Both the position numbers and the translations under genes were made by a program. A DNA stretch of 64,000 nt from Gemmatimonadales bacterium (GTDB lineage: Bacteria > Gemmatimonadota > Gemmatimonadetes > Gemmatimonadales > GWC2-71-9). Below, piece by piece: positions 59,416 through 64,000 of this stretch. A model generated the notes under the pieces. The model was not told the DNA's origin. It worked only from the letters and a program-made list of their open reading frames with translations, and did no database searches. Positions within the stretch are counted from its first letter, which is position 1, and each line of letters begins with the position of its first letter. The stretch lies in contig JBBCJC010000005.1 in assembly GCA_037189525.1 (NCBI GenBank), positions 88,412-152,411 on the forward strand, written 5' to 3'.

Positions 59416-59868
59416 CTACTCCACCTGCAGCTTTCCGGACAGTTCGGGCAACTCCATATGGAAATTGAAGTCGACCCGAAGATCGAACGTTCCGGACCTG
59501 CTGCTCGCCATGAGCGGCTGACGGAGGGTGATCTGTTCCGCGGGTGGAATCGTCTCGGTCAGTCCCTCGGGTACGCAGACGTCGAACCGCTGGATCGGTG
59601 AGGCCCCCGGCTGCCCATCCGGCCCGTTACTGACCGAAACGGTCAGCGGATAGCAACCGCGCGTCTGTAGTGAGATCGGCTGATCGGTCCGGTTGATCAG
59701 GTCGACCCGCACGTCGAACTGCTGGTTCACGGCTGCGGTCCCTGGCTCGAGGGAGAGGACGGCCCGCAAACCGTCACGTTCGAATTCGGGTCGCATGGAG
59801 TCGCAAGCGGAGGTGACCCCACCAGCCATCAGCGCGACAACGGTCCTTACTGCTACTCGATATGACAT
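59416..59868 (-). CDS. Cys-pair lipoprotein family member 1 (hypothetical)
   Basis: 150 aa. ATG with GGGAGAGG upstream. Lipobox GVTSAC. Shared family blocks LRAVLSLEPG, FDVRVDLINRTDQPISL, two Cys, and SGTFDLRVDFNF...LPELSGKLQVE. Confidence 0.75.
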   Translation of the reverse strand: MSYRVAVRTVVALMAGGVTSACDSMRPEFERDGLRAVLSLEPGTAAVNQQFDVRVDLINRTDQPISLQTRGCYPLTVSVSNGPDGQPGASPIQRFDVCVPEGLTETIPPAEQITLRQPLMASSRSGTFDLRVDFNFHMELPELSGKLQVE

Positions 59869-60082
59869 TTAGGTACCTCTCCCGCGGCAGATCCAGGTAG
59901 AAACTGACTTACACTCCCCCCCATGCCTGCCGCGATGAATCGAAAGTATCCCGCGCAGCTTCGTGGGGCAAACACCCTCACACTACCATGACCCGCGCAC
60001 AACCGAAAACGTCACTTCCGACGGTGTATTCGGCCCAGGTTCAATACTCGGGTATGACGAAGCGGCTTAAGTCAGCCATGGT

Positions 60083-60541
60083 TTACTCTACCCGCAGCTT
60101 CGCGCCCAGGCTCGGCAACGCTTCGGTGAAATTGAAGTCGACGCGAAGGTTGAAAGTCCCGCTGGTTACGTTTGCAACCAGCGGCATCTTGGGAGAGACG
60201 CGGCCACCCGGCGGAATGGTATACACACCACCAATCCCAGTGCAAAAGACCGTCGGGGGTACGAACGCCCCAGCGAGTTGCTTCGACCCCTTCGTCACCG
60301 TGACCTCGAACGCGCGGCACGATCCCGTCCTCAGTTCGATCGACCGGTTACCACGATTGATCAGGTCGACCTGGACCTCGAACGAGCCATTGGTCGGGAC
60401 GACGTCGGGCGCCACCACCACGACGGCGCGCAAATCCCCGAACTCGAACGACGAGGGACCAACGGCGTTACAACCTCCCAGAAGCAGTCCGATCGTCATA
60501 GCCAGGGACGAATATCCCAGGGAAATGATCCCGCGGATCAT
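60083..60541 (-). CDS. Cys-pair lipoprotein family member 2 (hypothetical)
   Basis: ORF 60083..60592 trimmed to ATG 60541 (ATGA overlap with the upstream paralog stop). MIRGIISLGYSSLAMTIGLLLGGC lipobox. LRAVVVVAPD, FEVQVDLINRGNRSIEL, two Cys, and SGTFNLRVDFNF...LPSLGAKLRVE. Confidence 0.75.
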   Translation of the reverse strand: MIRGIISLGYSSLAMTIGLLLGGCNAVGPSSFEFGDLRAVVVVAPDVVPTNGSFEVQVDLINRGNRSIELRTGSCRAFEVTVTKGSKQLAGAFVPPTVFCTGIGGVYTIPPGGRVSPKMPLVANVTSGTFNLRVDFNFTEALPSLGAKLRVE

Positions 60542-60987
60542 CGAATCACCATCTTCGTGGTCACCTCTCGCACGAACGGCTGGAGGATCCATCTCACCGT
60601 CACCTCATACTCACCCGGGGGCGCGTTGGCCGTCAAATGCGACGGGAATTCGCGCGAGCCCTGGGCAGGAACCGGAAAGGACGTGATCGCCGCCGTACAT
60701 ACATTGGTGGTCCCAGGGGTCATCGGCGTGTAGTCGACCCCCTTGCGAACGACCCGCACGCCGTACGCACATCCACTTCCACTCGAATAATTGGCCAGAT
60801 TGTCCGATCGGTTCTGGATCAAAGCCCGAACCGTGAGCTGCTGGCCACGTTCGACGACCGCAGGATCGAGCGACACGCTGACGGCGCGATCGCCTTCATC
60901 GTAAGATTCCGGCGCGACCGTGCCGCACCCGGCAATCAGGCCGATGGCTGCGATTCCTCTCAGTATGAAACCGGCGGATTGGCGCAT
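60538..60987 (-). CDS. Cys-pair lipoprotein family member 3 (divergent, hypothetical)
   Basis: ORF 60538..61014 starts at TTG; ATG 60987 is preceded by a perfect AAGGAGG 6 nt upstream. MRQSAGFILRGIAAIGLIAGC lipobox. RAVSVSLDPAVVERGQQLTVRALIQNRSDN and two Cys are present; the C-terminus diverges from the other copies. Confidence 0.75.
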   Translation of the reverse strand: MRQSAGFILRGIAAIGLIAGCGTVAPESYDEGDRAVSVSLDPAVVERGQQLTVRALIQNRSDNLANYSSGSGCAYGVRVVRKGVDYTPMTPGTTNVCTAAITSFPVPAQGSREFPSHLTANAPPGEYEVTVRWILQPFVREVTTKMVIR

Positions 60988-61037
60988 GGTCGACCTCCTT
61001 AATCTGTCAGACAATCGATGATTCGGAGGCCGATCCC

Positions 61038-61065
61038 GCTACCTGCGCTATGTTACCTGCGCTAT
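61038..61065. repeat. 14-bp tandem direct repeat (two copies, 13/14 identical)
   Basis: gctacctgcgctat (61038-61051) and gttacctgcgctat (61052-61065). The second copy contains the amidohydrolase stop codon (61062-61064). The repeat lies 51-78 nt upstream of the lipoprotein ATG at 60987. Confidence 0.9.
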
Positions 61066-62522
61066 TGTCGCGCGGCGGCCTCCGCCGTTTGCAACAACCG
61101 ATCCAGCATCGAACGTTCGAGCAGTTGCCCCCGCACCACGACCGTCTCGATCGTCCGGGTATTGCCGATATCCGCCAGCGGGTCGAGCCGCAGCAGTACC
61201 AGGTCGGCAATCTTCCCCTCCGCCACGGTGCCGCTCTCCGGCCGGCCCGCTGCCTCCGCAGCATTACGCGTGGCGGCCTGAATGGCCTGGAGCGGCGTCA
61301 GTCCGATGTCGACCAGCACCTGCAGTTCCCGATGCAGGCTGAATCCGGGTACCAATGGCGGCACTGGTACATCGGTGCCTGCGACGAACTTGGCTCCCGC
61401 CCGCGCCAGCGGCGTAAACGACGAGATGAGCACCTTCCAGCGCGCCTGCTCCGCCTCGACTACGGCCCTGGCCGCGAGCGCCGTCGCCGGGAGACGACCA
61501 CCCGAGGCATAGCGGAGTTCCGGCAGCGCGCGCAGCACCGGGTCGTTTGGTCTATACCTGTTTTCCATGACCACGAACGTCGGGTCGAACCAGACATCCT
61601 TGCGCGCCGCGTACTCCGCAAACTCCCGGGCGGCCACCGTGTCAGTGACCGCAATGGCTGAATCGATGGCTGCGATCTTGAGAGCAAAGACACGCTCCAC
61701 CAGCTCCCGCCCTGACTCGGCGGTTGCCCGGACCTCGGCGGCCGCCGCCTGGAAGGCCGAGCGGATCGCGGCGGCCTGCGCGCCATTCTCGAAGGCCAGG
61801 CCGAACGAATGCTCGATGGTCCGCTGCCCCGAATCGATGGCCTCCCTCGCCGTGACCTCGTCGGGAATGTGGCCGGCGACGGCCAAGCCATGCTTGCGCG
61901 CCTGGCGCAGCACCGCAAAGTATGGCTCTCGCGGGAGCAGCGAATGGACCTTGATGACGTCGACCCCGGCCGCCGCGAGCGAATCGACCACTCGCTCCGC
62001 ATCTCCCGCAGTAGTGAGCCCCACTCGGCCGTTAGGCGCCATCTCGAGGACCTTCGGATCGTCGAGGATCGGCCCCGCCATCATGATGGTCGGGCCAAGC
62101 ACTCGGCCGGCCCGCACCTCCTGGCGCCAATAACCGATCTGCTGCAGGTCGGTGCCGACATCGCGAACAGTGGTAACACCGTTGGCCAGGTAGAGCGGAA
62201 AGCCCAACTCCCGATAGCCGCCCTGATGGGTATGCATATCCCAGAGCCCGGGAATGACATACATCCCCCGCCCGTCGATGCGCAGCGTCACGGAGTCGGA
62301 GGCAAACGCCCCCATCGGTCGGATGGCCACGATGCGATCGCCATCGATGGCAATCGACATCCCCGGCACCGCGCCACGATCGGTGCCGTCGATCAGGACG
62401 ACGTCCTCGATCAGCATCGAGATGCGGAGCGGTGTATCCTGGCACCCGACAAGACCAATCAGCATGGCGAGACCCAGCAGACTGGACCATAGCGAGCGGC
62501 GGTAACGACGCATCTGTCTCAT
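61062..62522 (-). CDS. Amidohydrolase family lipoprotein (metal-dependent hydrolase, COG1228-like)
   Basis: ORF 61062..62555 starts at GTG; ATG 62522 gives MRQMRRYRRSLWSSLLGLAMLIGLVGC (lipobox). ATG 62513 is an alternative. VIPGLWDMHTH (HxH metal site), VIKVHS and AGHIPD motifs are present. Confidence 0.88.
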   Translation of the reverse strand: MRQMRRYRRSLWSSLLGLAMLIGLVGCQDTPLRISMLIEDVVLIDGTDRGAVPGMSIAIDGDRIVAIRPMGAFASDSVTLRIDGRGMYVIPGLWDMHTHQGGYRELGFPLYLANGVTTVRDVGTDLQQIGYWRQEVRAGRVLGPTIMMAGPILDDPKVLEMAPNGRVGLTTAGDAERVVDSLAAAGVDVIKVHSLLPREPYFAVLRQARKHGLAVAGHIPDEVTAREAIDSGQRTIEHSFGLAFENGAQAAAIRSAFQAAAAEVRATAESGRELVERVFALKIAAIDSAIAVTDTVAAREFAEYAARKDVWFDPTFVVMENRYRPNDPVLRALPELRYASGGRLPATALAARAVVEAEQARWKVLISSFTPLARAGAKFVAGTDVPVPPLVPGFSLHRELQVLVDIGLTPLQAIQAATRNAAEAAGRPESGTVAEGKIADLVLLRLDPLADIGNTRTIETVVVRGQLLERSMLDRLLQTAEAAARQ

Positions 62523-62624
62523 ACCATTCGGTTCAAATGAAGTGAAACGCCGCACCAGCAGCAGCTGGCGCGGCGGTATTCGCTGGCAGCATCGCCAGCA
62601 AGTTAACTCACCACAGAGGCGGCC

Positions 62625-63569
62625 TCAGGCAAACGGCGCAGAGGCCTCGTCGAGCGCCGCGATCTCATCGGCCGAGAGGGCGAGCTCCGGCACAGCCAGC
62701 AACTCACGAAGTTGCGTCGGGCTGGTTGCGCTGGCCAGAGGGGCGGTGACGGTCGGTTTGGCAAGTACCCACGCCAACGCGACGGTCGCGACTGCAACGC
62801 GGTGACTCGACGCGATGGCGCGAAGCCGGTCGACGACGGCCAGACCGTCGGCATTGAGATACGGCGAGACCCCACCCGCCCGCGCCGCGCCCTCGAGGTC
62901 CGCCGCGGTACGGTACTTACCCGTCAGGAAGCCGCTCGCCAGCGCGAAGTACGGGAACACCGACAAACCGTGGCGCTGGGCCAACGGCGCGAAGATCTCC
63001 TCATAGCTCTTCCGGCTCACCAGGCTGTACTGCGGCTGCAGCGCAACCGGCTGCGCCAGGCCCTGCGATGCGGCCAGCCCGACCCACTCCTCGATCCGCT
63101 CCGGCGCGAGATTGGAGATCCCGACATAGCGGACCTTTCCCGCCTCCACCAGGCGGTCGAAGGCTCCGGCAATGTCTGCGACGGGAATATCCGGATCATC
63201 GTGGTGCGCATAGTAGAGGTCGATGTAATCGCTCTGGAGACGCCGCAACGACGCATCGGCCGCGCGGGCAACCGTCTTCGGTGCGAGCCCCTTGAGCTCG
63301 GGAAGCCCACCGACCTTGGTCGCCATGACGATGGCGTTCCGATTGCCGCGACGGCGCATCCAGTCGCCCAGGATCGTTTCCGATTCCCCGCCGACGTTAC
63401 CCGGCACCCAGATCGAGTAGGAATCCGCGGTATCGATGAAGTTGCCACCGCCAGCTACGAAGGCGTCCAGAACGACGTCGGCGCCGGCCCTGTCGACCGT
63501 CATGCCGAAAACGTTGCCGCCCAGACCCATGGGGAAGATGTCCAACTCGGAATTACCAATGCGTGCCAT
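62625..63569 (-). CDS. Aldo/keto reductase
   Basis: 314 aa. The motifs LGLGGNVFG, GGNFIDTADSY, LQSDYIDLYYAHHDD and VRYVGISN follow the AKR signature order. Confidence 0.93.
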   Translation of the reverse strand: MARIGNSELDIFPMGLGGNVFGMTVDRAGADVVLDAFVAGGGNFIDTADSYSIWVPGNVGGESETILGDWMRRRGNRNAIVMATKVGGLPELKGLAPKTVARAADASLRRLQSDYIDLYYAHHDDPDIPVADIAGAFDRLVEAGKVRYVGISNLAPERIEEWVGLAASQGLAQPVALQPQYSLVSRKSYEEIFAPLAQRHGLSVFPYFALASGFLTGKYRTAADLEGAARAGGVSPYLNADGLAVVDRLRAIASSHRVAVATVALAWVLAKPTVTAPLASATSPTQLRELLAVPELALSADEIAALDEASAPFA

Positions 63570-63577
63570 CGTACCCT

Positions 63578-64000
63578 CTATACCGTGGATGCCACTTGGC
63601 CCGCCCGATCACCCGTCGTGATCAGACCGGTCAGGAGTTCGTAGGAGTGAAGCCGAGCGGGAAACTCTGTGATCAAGTCCTGGATGATGAACTCGTCGAC
63701 GGCCAGATCCGCCCCCAGTTGCTCGAGTTGCTCACCAACCTGCTCGATGGTCCCACCGATGAAGCGGGGCGGAACACCACTACCGGGCTGATAGCGCTCG
63801 AGGGCGGGCGCGCCGCCCAACTGCGCGACGGCAGCATCCGGCCCAGGAAGCGGCGCCCGCAGGTTGCCCTGCCGCAGGTGCTGATACATGACGTGAACCG
63901 GCGCCAACTGTCGCCGCGCCTCCGCCTCGCTGTCTGCGCAGACGACGTGTACCGCCAGCCGCACGTCGGGACTGGTAACTCGCGTGATACCCGTCGCCGG
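63578..64000 (-). CDS. LLM-class flavin-dependent oxidoreductase (5' end beyond window)
   Basis: The ORF-track M at 63964 is an internal GTG; the frame stays open to nt 64000 (PATGITRVTSPDVRLAVHVVCADSEAEARRQ...). The C-terminal GGTIEQVGEQLEQLGADLAVDEFIIQD is typical of luciferase-like monooxygenases. Confidence 0.8.
   Translation of the reverse strand, partial: PATGITRVTSPDVRLAVHVVCADSEAEARRQLAPVHVMYQHLRQGNLRAPLPGPDAAVAQLGGAPALERYQPGSGVPPRFIGGTIEQVGEQLEQLGADLAVDEFIIQDLITEFPARLHSYELLTGLITTGDRAGQVASTV

Noticed and set aside
59988-60686. 232-aa plus-strand ORF across the paralogous lipoprotein genes. ORFs 58743-59237 and 59203-59385 were also considered as independent genes.
   Set aside because: The first is antisense to two genes with good Shine-Dalgarno sequences, lipoboxes and mutual homology. 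The other two are frame fragments of the decayed fourth paralog, not separate genes.

Overview
High-G+C bacterial chromosomal window. The gene content (two SusC/SusD pairs, CarboxypepD_reg-type TonB-dependent receptors, MsrPQ, HprK plus a mannose-type PTS) suggests a Gemmatimonadota-like Gram-negative; this is inference only. I call about 60 protein-coding genes and 2 tRNA-Ser genes, and I saw no rRNA, CRISPR, transposase or integrase. Core content includes: rpsT; pyrR-pyrB-pyrC; msrPQ; topA; two convergent SusC/SusD loci next to an IclR regulator; a Fur-box-like site upstream of an STN-type siderophore receptor and piuC. A run of 28 consecutive minus-strand genes spans 30878-56549: clpB, recO, a BtuFCD-like importer, metK, ptsI-ptsH-IID-IIC-IIB-IIA-hprK-hpf, nusB, ribH-ribBA-ribE-ribD, purM, argS and others, many joined by ATGA/GTGA overlaps. 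The ORF track includes alternative start codons and many long antisense ORFs typical of high G+C, so several starts were trimmed using signal peptides, homolog N-termini and stop/start coupling. The most unusual part is a visibly lower-G+C segment at about 56.55-61.07 kb. It holds a long M48 metallopeptidase with a perfect 21-bp in-frame duplication, an intact vapB next to a vapC cut off after about 23 codons, and a tandem family of four homologous Cys-pair lipoprotein genes (three intact, one decayed) of unknown function. A second candidate is the string His/Cys-rich small secreted protein -> TonB-dependent receptor -> BNR-propeller lipoprotein (9172-4994). All functional calls come from reading motifs in the translations; no database search or computation was possible.
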